Positions 1 through 9,310 of a stretch of 64,000 bases of DNA are shown here, piece by piece. The notes under the pieces are model-generated. The model was not told the origin of the DNA. It made no database searches and saw nothing but the letters and a program-made list of their open reading frames with translations. Source of the DNA: Bacteroidia bacterium (GTDB lineage Bacteria > Bacteroidota > Bacteroidia > UKL13-3); the NCBI GenBank assembly GCA_034676125.1, contig JAUCCO010000001.1, positions 9,788 to 73,787 of the forward strand, given 5' to 3'. The position numbers were made by a program, and so were the translations under genes. Numbering within the stretch: the stretch's first letter is position 1; each line of letters begins with the position of its first letter.

Positions 1-39
1 TTAGTTTATAATAATTAATTTGGTAAAGTAAAGGTTGTT

Positions 40-1029
40 TTAGTTACACTTATATCCAAAATATTGTCGAAAAAAATTTGGCAAGTGATGTTTCGTGCTA
101 TTAAACTTAAACTCGCTAGTAATTGCATAACCGCTTTGTGGCGAATTTACGGCACATATTTCAAACGTATTATTAATTGGTGTGTATGGTTTGCAAATGG
201 TTGATTGATTAAGTAACGCAGTTCCTTCTGTTTTAAAGTAAGTACTAATGAGCGCACAAATTGCAGTGTCTGTTTGTCCGTATTTAAGTAATAGATTATT
301 GTACAAACTATCAGAAATTAATTCAACACATTTTCCAAACTCGTGTTTCACATCATAAATAACCAACGATTTGTAAATTTTATTTTTTAATGATTCGTAG
401 TCTACTACTTCACCTTTTATGGTATCAATTGCCACAAATAAATCATATGGGTCAATAATATATTGATTGTTTTCAATAGTAATAATTGGGTAAGTGTGAA
501 TTCCTGGAATACTAACTTCGGTAGCTTTTATGTGCAATAAACTATCAAGTAATTTAATGTAAAATGCACTTCTATCGCCACACCAAGTTGGATATGTGTT
601 GTCGTTACCTTGTTGATAACGTTGCGCCAAACTCATGTTTTGCCAATTGGCTATGCTTATTTTATGGTTAGACAAGCCAAATTTGCTTCCCAAAAACTGA
701 CTGCTAAATAAGCTTGAGGCAAAACTAGCAATGGTTAAACATTTGAGGTAAGTTTTAGTCGCCCTATTAAATGATAATTGTGCAATAGAGTCAAAAGTTG
801 CGTTTAGTTTAATAATAGCATCATCATAACTTAATTGTATATTCTGGTTTAAACATTGTTGATTAAAAGTGCAGCTAAATACCTCCTTATTCTGTGTGTT
901 TATTTGTTGATTATTTGGTGCAATAATTGTATTTTGGAGTGCTTTTATTTCGATATTGTGGTTTGTTTTTTTGCAAGAAAAACTGAGTGCTGAAGTTAGT
1001 AAAACATAAATGATTAAAAATATTCTCAT
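40..1029 (-). CDS. Lipoprotein with transglutaminase-like cysteine-protease core
   Basis: N-terminus MRIFLIIYVLLTSALSFSC has a lipobox. WCGDRSAFYIKLLDSLL...HTYPIITI...IIDPYD matches the Cys/His/Asp spacing of transglutaminase-like domains. Confidence 0.5.
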   Translation of the reverse strand: MRIFLIIYVLLTSALSFSCKKTNHNIEIKALQNTIIAPNNQQINTQNKEVFSCTFNQQCLNQNIQLSYDDAIIKLNATFDSIAQLSFNRATKTYLKCLTIASFASSLFSSQFLGSKFGLSNHKISIANWQNMSLAQRYQQGNDNTYPTWCGDRSAFYIKLLDSLLHIKATEVSIPGIHTYPIITIENNQYIIDPYDLFVAIDTIKGEVVDYESLKNKIYKSLVIYDVKHEFGKCVELISDSLYNNLLLKYGQTDTAICALISTYFKTEGTALLNQSTICKPYTPINNTFEICAVNSPQSGYAITSEFKFNSTKHHLPNFFRQYFGYKCN

Positions 1030-1122
1030 AGCTTGTATGCGTTAACTTTTATTTGTATTAAATTAGTTGATGGATAAGCGCAATTCTCGTCTTCTTTTAT
1101 TGGCTTCATCAACAATTTATCA

Positions 1123-2295
1123 CTACTGGTTATTAAATTTTAATTTCTTTTTTAGATACTTTATTGCCGATGTTTTTTCCTTACGTAAATTTACTCCAAC
1201 AATTAAAAACAGAAAGAATATTGTGTAATTAACAACCCAACTTGCCAATTGCTTTACTCCAATAAAAAACAGTTTAAAATTAATACGCTGAAACCAGCTT
1301 TTTATAGGGTGAAACTTAAATCGAGGTATAAATAGAAAAAAGTGCATGGGCACTAAAATGGCCCAGTTGTGATGCTTTACAATTAGCGCAAATAAAATAC
1401 ATAAAGGTGCATAAAACTGGTAAAAGGCATCAGGTAAGTGTCTTGTTTTTTGATTTACAATTAAATGGTTTGAAAGGGACTTTCTGCTTGAATAAGCCCT
1501 ATAAACAATATAAACATACGGAGCAACTAAAACCAGAAGGATTTTGTATTGCATTGATGCAAGTGCAATAAATACTAAGCTAATTATACTCTCCGCAATT
1601 AAAAATAACCAAAGCAAGTTGTTTGTTTTTTTTACTCCAAGTACACGAGGTAAAGTAATTAGTCCTGCTGCTTTATCTTTAAAAATATCATTAATATAGT
1701 GTATAACAATGTTTCGAAGCCCCACGATAAAGAGTAATATCGAATATACTAAAATTAGCGCTGTTAGATGTGAGGCGGTATTTGCAGTGAATAAATAATA
1801 GGTATAGTAAGAAAGCAATAAGGGTATAATATAGGCATATAGTGAGTCTATAATTGGGGCAAGCCAAGTGTTAAGCTTGAGCCTTAATGGCGGCATTGCA
1901 TAGGCACAAAACAGTGTTATTTGACCTATGATAAGAATAATTGATATTTTGTTATATGGAAGGTACAACCACGGAATTAAGCATGATGATAGAATAACAA
2001 AAAGAAGGGATATTTTTTGGGTGTTACTTATGTTGCTTAATCGGTTTATTTTACCTGCAATGTAGTCGTGTTTTATATCAAAATACTCATTTATAAAGTA
2101 ACCAAGAGCTGCAAAACCAAATGAAGTTAACAATGAAAATAGTAAGAGTAATATTGATGATATGCTTAATTGTATTTCAAACAAAATAAGCCAAAGATAA
2201 AGGTTGCCAAAAATGTGTGGTATAAAGCTTAATCTCCAATCGCTAATACGAGAGGCCCTTGCTAACAATAAATATTTCTGTATTTTATTTCTCAC
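1123..2295 (-). CDS. Polytopic membrane protein, UbiA-superfamily prenyl/glycosyl-phosphate transferase-like
   Basis: About 9 hydrophobic helices. NEYFDIKHD motif (NxxxDxxxD) after TM2 resembles the first Asp-rich motif of UbiA-family transferases. Overlaps the upstream methyltransferase by 11 nt. Confidence 0.4.
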   Translation of the reverse strand: MRNKIQKYLLLARASRISDWRLSFIPHIFGNLYLWLILFEIQLSISSILLLLFSLLTSFGFAALGYFINEYFDIKHDYIAGKINRLSNISNTQKISLLFVILSSCLIPWLYLPYNKISIILIIGQITLFCAYAMPPLRLKLNTWLAPIIDSLYAYIIPLLLSYYTYYLFTANTASHLTALILVYSILLFIVGLRNIVIHYINDIFKDKAAGLITLPRVLGVKKTNNLLWLFLIAESIISLVFIALASMQYKILLVLVAPYVYIVYRAYSSRKSLSNHLIVNQKTRHLPDAFYQFYAPLCILFALIVKHHNWAILVPMHFFLFIPRFKFHPIKSWFQRINFKLFFIGVKQLASWVVNYTIFFLFLIVGVNLRKEKTSAIKYLKKKLKFNNQ

Positions 2296-3127
2296 GCTTA
2301 TTCATAAAATAAAGATGCATTTCAGCAGGATTTAATGGTTTAGGCTTAATGGCCATAATTTCATAAAAATCTATTGGAAATATGTAGTTATCCCATGAGT
2401 CAATTTTTGCGATATTAAAAAGGTTTTGGAAATCATTTGAGATAGATAAATGTTCAAATTTATCAAGTTCTATTTCTGGAGTTTTAACAAAACTCAATTC
2501 AAAACCCTTTGACCTTAGTTTTGTGATGACTAAATCAAGCGCTCCAATTTCATATTCATAGGCTTTGTTTATATCATCGCATAATTCGTTAATGCGAAGC
2601 TGCTCCCATTCATCATCGCTAATGCGTTTAAATAAATCTTTTATATATATCCTTCCACCGGGCTTCAAAACCTCCCAGCATTCATCTATTAGCTGGTTTT
2701 TTTGATTGGAGTGCCCGAAAGATTCTAAGAAATAAACCATATCAAAAGTGTTGGCACTAAACTTCTGAGATAACAGGTGATAATCTTGCTGCCAAACCGA
2801 TATTAAGCCAGTGGTATTAGTTTGCTTAATACTATTAAGAGCCATGTTATGTTGAACAGAAGAAATGGTACAGGCCTCTATTTTAATTTCAGGCACATGT
2901 TGTGCAAAGTATATGGCAGGGCCGCAAACACCGCAACCGGCATCAAGAATATGCTCGCCAGGTTTTATACGAGCCGATTTTATAGTATAGTCTAAATAAT
3001 CTGCAACATTTATGGTACGAAATGCCTGAATAATTTCACCATAAACGGCTAAAAACTTTTCGGTATTTAAATCATAAAAGGCTTTTACTTTTTCTGAATT
3101 ATTTATAATGGTGGCCTTGGTTTTCAT
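2285..3127 (-). CDS. Class I SAM-dependent methyltransferase
   Basis: Motif I ILDAGCGVCGPAIYFA, followed by the acidic motif II and post-I spacing typical of the Rossmann methyltransferase fold. Confidence 0.75.
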   Translation of the reverse strand: MKTKATIINNSEKVKAFYDLNTEKFLAVYGEIIQAFRTINVADYLDYTIKSARIKPGEHILDAGCGVCGPAIYFAQHVPEIKIEACTISSVQHNMALNSIKQTNTTGLISVWQQDYHLLSQKFSANTFDMVYFLESFGHSNQKNQLIDECWEVLKPGGRIYIKDLFKRISDDEWEQLRINELCDDINKAYEYEIGALDLVITKLRSKGFELSFVKTPEIELDKFEHLSISNDFQNLFNIAKIDSWDNYIFPIDFYEIMAIKPKPLNPAEMHLYFMNKREK

Positions 3128-3154
3128 GTTGGTTGCTTACCCGTTTTACAAAGA

Positions 3155-4003
3155 TTAATGCGATTTAATACCAAACAAACGTTTAAACCAAGGGTCGTTA
3201 TTAGCTGTGTTGTTTTTCATATAGCTCGGAATGTTTTTGTTAATATCTGCCGTCATTTTTACACGACCTATTTTCTTTAAAACTTCAGCGCCTTTATTAA
3301 TATTACTTCCTAAAAAAAAATCCTCGTTACTTTCGTAAACATCTACATATTCATTATCGCCAACATAATGTATCATTGGCACATCGTTAGGAATTGCCCC
3401 AAAAACAGTTGCTATGCGTTGAGATGTTGTTTGATTTGGAAAGGAGGCATGGAATAACCTTGCATCATAAATTAATGCTTCGCCAGCTTTTAAATTCATT
3501 GTTTGCATATTTTGCCAAATTTCTTCCTGCTTATTGGTAAACGTATCTGGTATTTTTGGCCCCCTATAATTTTTAGACCATAAGTGGCTTTTTGCTGTTA
3601 CCCTCATAGCTCCATTTTCCTCATTTACATCTACTAGTGGTACCCAAATATTGAACGCTCTATACTTGTCCTCATCAATAAAACCCCAATCCTGATGTGG
3701 GTGTAAGCGCTCTTTTTCCTTTTCTGTTTTAACAATAAAAATCCCACCAATTAATTTATGGTTAATAAAGTGCTCCTCAACTATTGGCATATATATCGAT
3801 TTTATTTTTTGCGTTATTTCTTGTCTTAATGGAATATTTTCAGAAAAAACGCTTGCATAAAAACCAGGTATATCGTTATTATGAAATTGAAAATAAAAAG
3901 ACAATAATTCATCAACTTTCGATTTGTCTAAAAATTGAATTACAGCAAATCCATCATAAGCAAGCTTTTCGTCTAATGCTTTGTTTTTTAGTACCTGTGC
4001 CAT
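3155..4003 (-). CDS. PhyH-family Fe(II)/2-oxoglutarate dioxygenase, paralog 1
   Basis: HPHQDWGF (HxD iron ligands) with a distal His in LFHASFPN. Paralogous to the two adjacent ORFs. Confidence 0.6.
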   Translation of the reverse strand: MAQVLKNKALDEKLAYDGFAVIQFLDKSKVDELLSFYFQFHNNDIPGFYASVFSENIPLRQEITQKIKSIYMPIVEEHFINHKLIGGIFIVKTEKEKERLHPHQDWGFIDEDKYRAFNIWVPLVDVNEENGAMRVTAKSHLWSKNYRGPKIPDTFTNKQEEIWQNMQTMNLKAGEALIYDARLFHASFPNQTTSQRIATVFGAIPNDVPMIHYVGDNEYVDVYESNEDFFLGSNINKGAEVLKKIGRVKMTADINKNIPSYMKNNTANNDPWFKRLFGIKSH

Positions 4004-4015
4004 ATTTTCTTATTG

Positions 4016-5083
4016 TTAGTATTTTCCTGTTAATCTATATTTTGATTCTTTATATACATTGTAAGGGGTGTATACCTTAAAGAAATGTGCTATCCTCTCT
4101 CTTGTGCTTGGCTTGTCGGCTTCGGAAGTGTTTGTTTGGTCTATAACTTGTTCTTTGTCCTCATGTTGTTGCTCAACTACAGGTCTTTGAATTGAGTATG
4201 AATTTTGAATACAACCATTTTCAACTAATAAATTAGTCATTTCACCTGTACTAAGCTTTTTGTTTGTAAACTCAAACTGATCTACTACTTCGCAATTTTG
4301 CGGAATGTTTCCTTGCATGTATGTATTAATCAAATCATCATTCATATAGTCCATAAAAAAGTCTTCTCCAACCTTTAATTTTAAAACCTGATTAGTAGTA
4401 CCTGGTTGTAAGAAATAATGATACAAGTTAGCGTCTTTTGGGGTAATTCCTATGCCAACAATTATACGGTCTTTACCTGATAAATTAGGGTTTGCGCCAT
4501 GTGCGCATTTGTTGTTAAACACGAGCCCATCACCTGCTTTTACTGTTGGAAAATTTAAGTATTGAAACAATAAATCCTCATGTCCTTGCGTAGAATTTAT
4601 AAATACAGATGAAGGAGATCCCACAATGCCATCTAAAAATTTGTGGCTGCCGTTTACAAAACCTAATGACCCAGTTTCTGGTGTTTGGTCTTCTAAACTT
4701 ATCCAAATAGTTGCCGAGAAATCGTCTAGATTTTTGTTGTCAACAAAAGTCCAATCTTGATGAGGATAGGTGTATGAAAAACTATCAGATTGCTTAATAA
4801 TAAATCCTCCTAAATGAACTTTATAGTTTTCTAATAAATTGTCTAATTTTGGTTGAATACTTTCTTGAATGTACAACATGGTTTCATCCTTAAACGCCCT
4901 ATCCTTATCATCTAAACTCACGTAAATGCCATAAACGGAATTTTTTACGTCTACTTTGCTTTTTATGTTGTTATAGTAGTTAAGTAGGTTGGCGCAAGTT
5001 TCGCTATCAAGCAGTGGAATGTTTACGTAACCATTCAACTCAAATTGTGATTGCTCTTGTATATTTTTAAAAACTTTATTCAT
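4016..5083 (-). CDS. PhyH-family Fe(II)/2-oxoglutarate dioxygenase, paralog 2
   Basis: YPHQDWTFVD with distal CAHGANPN. Same architecture as its neighbours. Confidence 0.6.
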   Translation of the reverse strand: MNKVFKNIQEQSQFELNGYVNIPLLDSETCANLLNYYNNIKSKVDVKNSVYGIYVSLDDKDRAFKDETMLYIQESIQPKLDNLLENYKVHLGGFIIKQSDSFSYTYPHQDWTFVDNKNLDDFSATIWISLEDQTPETGSLGFVNGSHKFLDGIVGSPSSVFINSTQGHEDLLFQYLNFPTVKAGDGLVFNNKCAHGANPNLSGKDRIIVGIGITPKDANLYHYFLQPGTTNQVLKLKVGEDFFMDYMNDDLINTYMQGNIPQNCEVVDQFEFTNKKLSTGEMTNLLVENGCIQNSYSIQRPVVEQQHEDKEQVIDQTNTSEADKPSTRERIAHFFKVYTPYNVYKESKYRLTGKY

Positions 5084-5150
5084 TTTTACTTTATTAATTC
5101 ATGTAAAAAATATTTGATAACCTGTTAATTCAGCAAACAAATTTATATTA

Positions 5151-6164
5151 TTAGCTATGTTTAAAATAATTTAATAAACGTAAAAACCAGCTATTTTTTT
5201 TATTTTTTTCGTTTGAGGTAGGCGTCTCGTTGTTGGTTGCCTTATCTGAATTATTTGGTTGTTGATCAAATAGCGTCTCATTATATGTTAAACCTTTACT
5301 TTTAAAATAATCAGCTATTTGCTCCCAGCTCATTTTAGGCAAATCATAGTCAATTTCATCAATAACTTGGTAAAGAAAATCATATTTCAAATTATTGCGG
5401 TATTGCATATCAATAGATGGGTGGTTATGATTAACTAAGAAATATTTATCAACTGCATATTTTAAAATAGTTTTGCCCTTGTTTTCGGGGTTTAAGCAAT
5501 AAACGTGCAGTGCTGCATTTTTAGGTGCAATACTTAAGCCAATGGCTAGTCGATTATTGGCTGATGAGTTGGGAAAGGAAGCGTGTGCTGTTTTGTGGTT
5601 AATGAATACCATTTCTCCTGCCTTCATTGGCTCGGGCTTCATTAAGCCCAGTAGTTTGTCGGAATATATATGTACTGGATTGAGTTCAAAAGGGAAGGGG
5701 AATGGCCTTATGTAGTTGAATATTTGGTTAGAATAAGGGACAAAAGTCATACAGCCATTTTTTTCGTCAACATCGGTAAGTGGTATCCAACACATTACCG
5801 AGTCGTTAATTCTCTCATCGGTAAAAGTCCAGTCTTGGTGTGGAGGTAAGAGGTGCGTTCCTTCAGGAACTTTATTCATAAAGGTTGCTGTAAATACATA
5901 CTTGTTATTTAGGTTGCCTATAACTTCATCCTCGATTATTGCGGTTATTTCGTCCTGCATAATTCTCCGCTTTTCTTTCTCATTAGTGTTTAAGCCTACA
6001 TTAAACCCAAATCCATAAGAATCGGGTATATTTAATTTATCATAAAGGGCGATAAGTTTTTTTATGCCTGCAGTAGATATTTGTGCATCTATAAGATAAC
6101 CCAATTGGTTAAATTGTTCATCTTTTGCTTCCTCATTAAAAAAATTAGCACGTGATAATGTCAT
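5151..6164 (-). CDS. PhyH-family Fe(II)/2-oxoglutarate dioxygenase, paralog 3
   Basis: PPHQDWTFTD with distal KTAHASFPN. C-terminal N/T/K-rich tail. Confidence 0.6.
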   Translation of the reverse strand: MTLSRANFFNEEAKDEQFNQLGYLIDAQISTAGIKKLIALYDKLNIPDSYGFGFNVGLNTNEKEKRRIMQDEITAIIEDEVIGNLNNKYVFTATFMNKVPEGTHLLPPHQDWTFTDERINDSVMCWIPLTDVDEKNGCMTFVPYSNQIFNYIRPFPFPFELNPVHIYSDKLLGLMKPEPMKAGEMVFINHKTAHASFPNSSANNRLAIGLSIAPKNAALHVYCLNPENKGKTILKYAVDKYFLVNHNHPSIDMQYRNNLKYDFLYQVIDEIDYDLPKMSWEQIADYFKSKGLTYNETLFDQQPNNSDKATNNETPTSNEKNKKNSWFLRLLNYFKHS

Positions 6165-6170
6165 GATAAA

Positions 6171-7280
6171 TTAAATATTGTTAAGTGTGTTTGGATAAAA
6201 TATTGGGCCACAATGTTTGCATTCATAATGTTTTTCTTTTGCATCCTCATTAAACAAAAAGTGGTACCTGTCAATCCGCATGATTTTACTGTGAAGCTTA
6301 TTCTCTGTAAGATAGAAAGCCAATGAATAGCCGCCTTGTCTAAATAGTTTTTTGTTGAAAATGAATGTTTGTATCGAACAGCTATTATTGACAAACTTTA
6401 CGCCATCCATTTCATTATAGCCAATATATGAAAGAATTGTATTCCCAAGTTCGTCTTTTAAATGAACAACCCATATTTTCTTATAGTTATGCCCATTTGT
6501 AAACGTAGTTTCAATATCAAAATAAATTCTTCGGTCGTCTTCTCTTCGGTTTATTAGTATTTCACCATCCTCAAATGTTATATTGTTTTTGGTGTAATCT
6601 ATGCTTTCGGTAAAGTACTTAATATCTTCGGTAGTTATTATCTGTCCATTTTTTAAGGTTAAAACCCTGCTTGTTGTGTTAATTATTTCATCCTGATTAT
6701 GCGAAACGAGAACAACTGTTTTATTAGCGGCAAATATTTTTGTAACGTTTTGCCTAAAGGCCGTATCTCCCACACTCATTACTTCGTCAAACAAGTAAAT
6801 ATCAAACTCAAGGTGTGCAAGAATGCTAAATGCAAGCCTAAGGTACATACCGTTTGAGTAGTTTTTTACGGGCTCATTTATAAATTTTTCAATACCACTA
6901 AATGCCACTATTTCATCGAATTTGTCTTTTATTTCTTTTCTTGAAAACCCAAGTATTTGCCCATTTAAAAATATGTTTTCAACACCTGTAAGTTCTGGGT
7001 GAAAACCTGCTCCAATATCTAAAATACTGGCAACTCTTCCTTTTATAGTAATTGTGCCTTCTGTTGGTTTAGTTACACCCGATAATATTTTTAACAAGGT
7101 GCTTTTGCCACTTCCGTTTGGACCTATTATGCCAAGGGTTTCGCCTCGCTTAATATCAAATGACACATCTTTTAAAGCCCATAATATTGATGTTGCGTTA
7201 TTGTTTTCATCAACTATAGAATGAGCTAAGTCAAATTTTTTTGATACGTTTTTAACACTTATTACTATATCGTCTTTCAT
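6171..7280 (-). CDS. ABC transporter ATP-binding protein, Wzt/TagH/KpsT type with C-terminal extra domain
   Basis: Walker A GPNGSGKST, Q-loop, Walker B YLFDEV, H-loop VSHN. The roughly 130-aa C-terminal extension resembles Wzt substrate-binding domains. Start overlaps the permease stop (ATGA). Confidence 0.8.
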   Translation of the reverse strand: MKDDIVISVKNVSKKFDLAHSIVDENNNATSILWALKDVSFDIKRGETLGIIGPNGSGKSTLLKILSGVTKPTEGTITIKGRVASILDIGAGFHPELTGVENIFLNGQILGFSRKEIKDKFDEIVAFSGIEKFINEPVKNYSNGMYLRLAFSILAHLEFDIYLFDEVMSVGDTAFRQNVTKIFAANKTVVLVSHNQDEIINTTSRVLTLKNGQIITTEDIKYFTESIDYTKNNITFEDGEILINRREDDRRIYFDIETTFTNGHNYKKIWVVHLKDELGNTILSYIGYNEMDGVKFVNNSCSIQTFIFNKKLFRQGGYSLAFYLTENKLHSKIMRIDRYHFLFNEDAKEKHYECKHCGPIFYPNTLNNI

Positions 7281-8098
7281 GCAAAATCACTAAATTTATT
7301 TTCGTTTTTATTGTAAAAGTACATGCCCGATAAGCATAATAAAATCACCATAGGCAATGTTACTAGCCATGCATAATTTGTTGGTGCTAAATCAAACAAG
7401 ATCCATCTCCACAGCTCAACTACACTTGCCATTGGGTTAAATGTAATAAGTAACTGTATTTTTTGTGGTAAAAAATTTGGTGTAAAAAAAACAGGTGTAA
7501 ACCAAATGCCAAAGTAAACGGTAAATGGTAATAAATGAAACAAATCTCTTTTGCGATAAGCAAATGCTGCTACCCAAAATACCAATGTTAGTGCACATAA
7601 TGCATTAAATAAAAGTACAAAAGGCACAAACATTAATTTCCATGTAATAGGCTGGTTAAAATAAAATAGTAAAGGGATAAGAATTACAAGGCTAATACAA
7701 AGCTCAACCAAAGCCACCAATACTTTTGACAGTGGCAAAATGCTTTTAGGGAAGTATATTTTTTTAATTAGGTGCGATGATTCCTGAACACTACTTGCAC
7801 CTGCGTTTACAATATATGAGAAAAAATTCCATCCTAATAAGCCCGATAATACATATAATGGGAAAGGTAAATCTCCCGTTTTCCAACCTAGCAAATACCC
7901 GAAAAAATAGGAGAATATAACCATCGCAGTTAATGGCTGCACAATGCTCCATCCTAATCCAATAAAGGTTTGCGCATATTTTACTTTAATATCTCTGCGG
8001 GCAAATGTCCATATCAATGCCTTATAGGTCCATATCTTTTTTAGGTACACTAAAAAGCTATCATCTTTGCTCGATATGATTTGTATTGGCTCAGACAT
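7277..8098 (-). CDS. ABC-2 type polysaccharide/teichoic-acid exporter permease (Wzm/KpsM/TagG-like)
   Basis: Six TM helices and the ABC-2 N-terminal pattern ...ARRDIKVKYAQTFIGLGWSIVQP. The ORF track gives 7277..8143. An internal Met start at 8098 avoids a 44-nt overlap with the DegT gene. Confidence 0.75.
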   Translation of the reverse strand: MSEPIQIISSKDDSFLVYLKKIWTYKALIWTFARRDIKVKYAQTFIGLGWSIVQPLTAMVIFSYFFGYLLGWKTGDLPFPLYVLSGLLGWNFFSYIVNAGASSVQESSHLIKKIYFPKSILPLSKVLVALVELCISLVILIPLLFYFNQPITWKLMFVPFVLLFNALCALTLVFWVAAFAYRKRDLFHLLPFTVYFGIWFTPVFFTPNFLPQKIQLLITFNPMASVVELWRWILFDLAPTNYAWLVTLPMVILLCLSGMYFYNKNENKFSDFA

Positions 8099-8099
8099 T

Positions 8100-9224
8100 T
8101 TAAGAATAGAATTGAGTAATTTTAGATGTTGTAAATTCAACATCTTTTACACTAATTTCTGAATGCATTGGTAAGCGCAAAATTCGTTCAGATATGTTAT
8201 TTGTATTGTTGGTGCCAATGTATTTAAACTTTTCTCCCATGGGCGAATTATGCAATGGCATATAGTGAAAATAAGCCTCTATGTTTTCTTGTGCTAAATA
8301 TTTGGCTAAGTTATCTCTTTCGTTTTTTGATTGTGTAATTAAATAAAATGCATGAATGTTTTCTTTAACCAGCGCTTCGTTTATCAATTGTATTTTACCG
8401 CTTTTTTCTAACGGCTTAAGTAACTCATAATAAAGGGAAGATAGTTTCTTTCTGTGTTCAAAAATAGGCTCTTCGTTTAATAAATCATCATATAAAACTG
8501 CTGCATTTAATTCGTTCATTTGATATTTAGAGCCCACATCTACCCATTCATAATGTGGAGCTTTTCCTGCAATAAAATCTTCGCGATTGGTGCCAATGTG
8601 ATAGATGTTTGCTGCCCTATTGGCATATTTTTTATTGTTTACCAATAACAACCCACCTTGCACAGCAGAAATATGTTTAGTAATATCAAAACTTATAACA
8701 CCAAAATCGCCAATGCTACCAAGTGGTTTATTGTTATAATAATTTCCATAAGCCATTGCGGCATCTTCAATTAAAATTAAATTATGATTTTGGCAAATTG
8801 CTTTTAACGCAATAAAATTACAAGCATGGCCAGCATAATGCATGGCAATGATGGCCTTTGTTTTTGTTGTTATTGCCGACTCTATAAGGCTTTCATCAAT
8901 GTTTAAAGTATCTGGATTTATATCAACAAATACTGGTGTTGCACCAACAGAAACAAATGCATTGGCTGTAGAAACATAAGTAAACGAAGGCATAATAATT
9001 TCATCACCAGCCTTTATATCTATAAGTGTTGCTATCATTTCTAAAGCACCCGTTGCCGAGTGGGTTAAAAATAATTTTGAATCAAAAAAACGTTTATTTA
9101 AATGGTTAATGCACAAGGTTGAGAAGTGTTTTTTTCTGAATAATTCATAATCAGAAAACAACAAGGCGATGTTTTTTGTATAATTGTCCGACTTACGAAC
9201 ATCGTTAAATAAAATTCGGCCCAT
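8100..9224 (-). CDS. DegT/DnrJ/EryC1/StrS-family PLP-dependent sugar aminotransferase
   Basis: Fold-type I aminotransferase with SFDITKHIS (PLP lysine) and GGLLL. Typical size of about 370 aa. Confidence 0.8.
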   Translation of the reverse strand: MGRILFNDVRKSDNYTKNIALLFSDYELFRKKHFSTLCINHLNKRFFDSKLFLTHSATGALEMIATLIDIKAGDEIIMPSFTYVSTANAFVSVGATPVFVDINPDTLNIDESLIESAITTKTKAIIAMHYAGHACNFIALKAICQNHNLILIEDAAMAYGNYYNNKPLGSIGDFGVISFDITKHISAVQGGLLLVNNKKYANRAANIYHIGTNREDFIAGKAPHYEWVDVGSKYQMNELNAAVLYDDLLNEEPIFEHRKKLSSLYYELLKPLEKSGKIQLINEALVKENIHAFYLITQSKNERDNLAKYLAQENIEAYFHYMPLHNSPMGEKFKYIGTNNTNNISERILRLPMHSEISVKDVEFTTSKITQFYS

Positions 9225-9310
9225 TGATTAAGTTAACACATATTATTAATCCGGTAAATGTAACCCAAAGCTCCGACTTACACAAGTCGCAGCCCATTAC
9301 ATTTAAGTCA

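Noticed and set aside
3784-4080. 98-aa plus-strand ORF overlapping two PhyH-like genes
   Set aside because: Antisense to two well-supported genes. Hydrophobic low-complexity translation typical of AT-rich antisense frames.
6161-6394. 77-aa minus-strand ORF overlapping the 3' end of the ABC ATPase gene in another frame
   Set aside because: Fully overlapped by the ABC ATPase ORF with conserved Walker motifs. It has no independent support.
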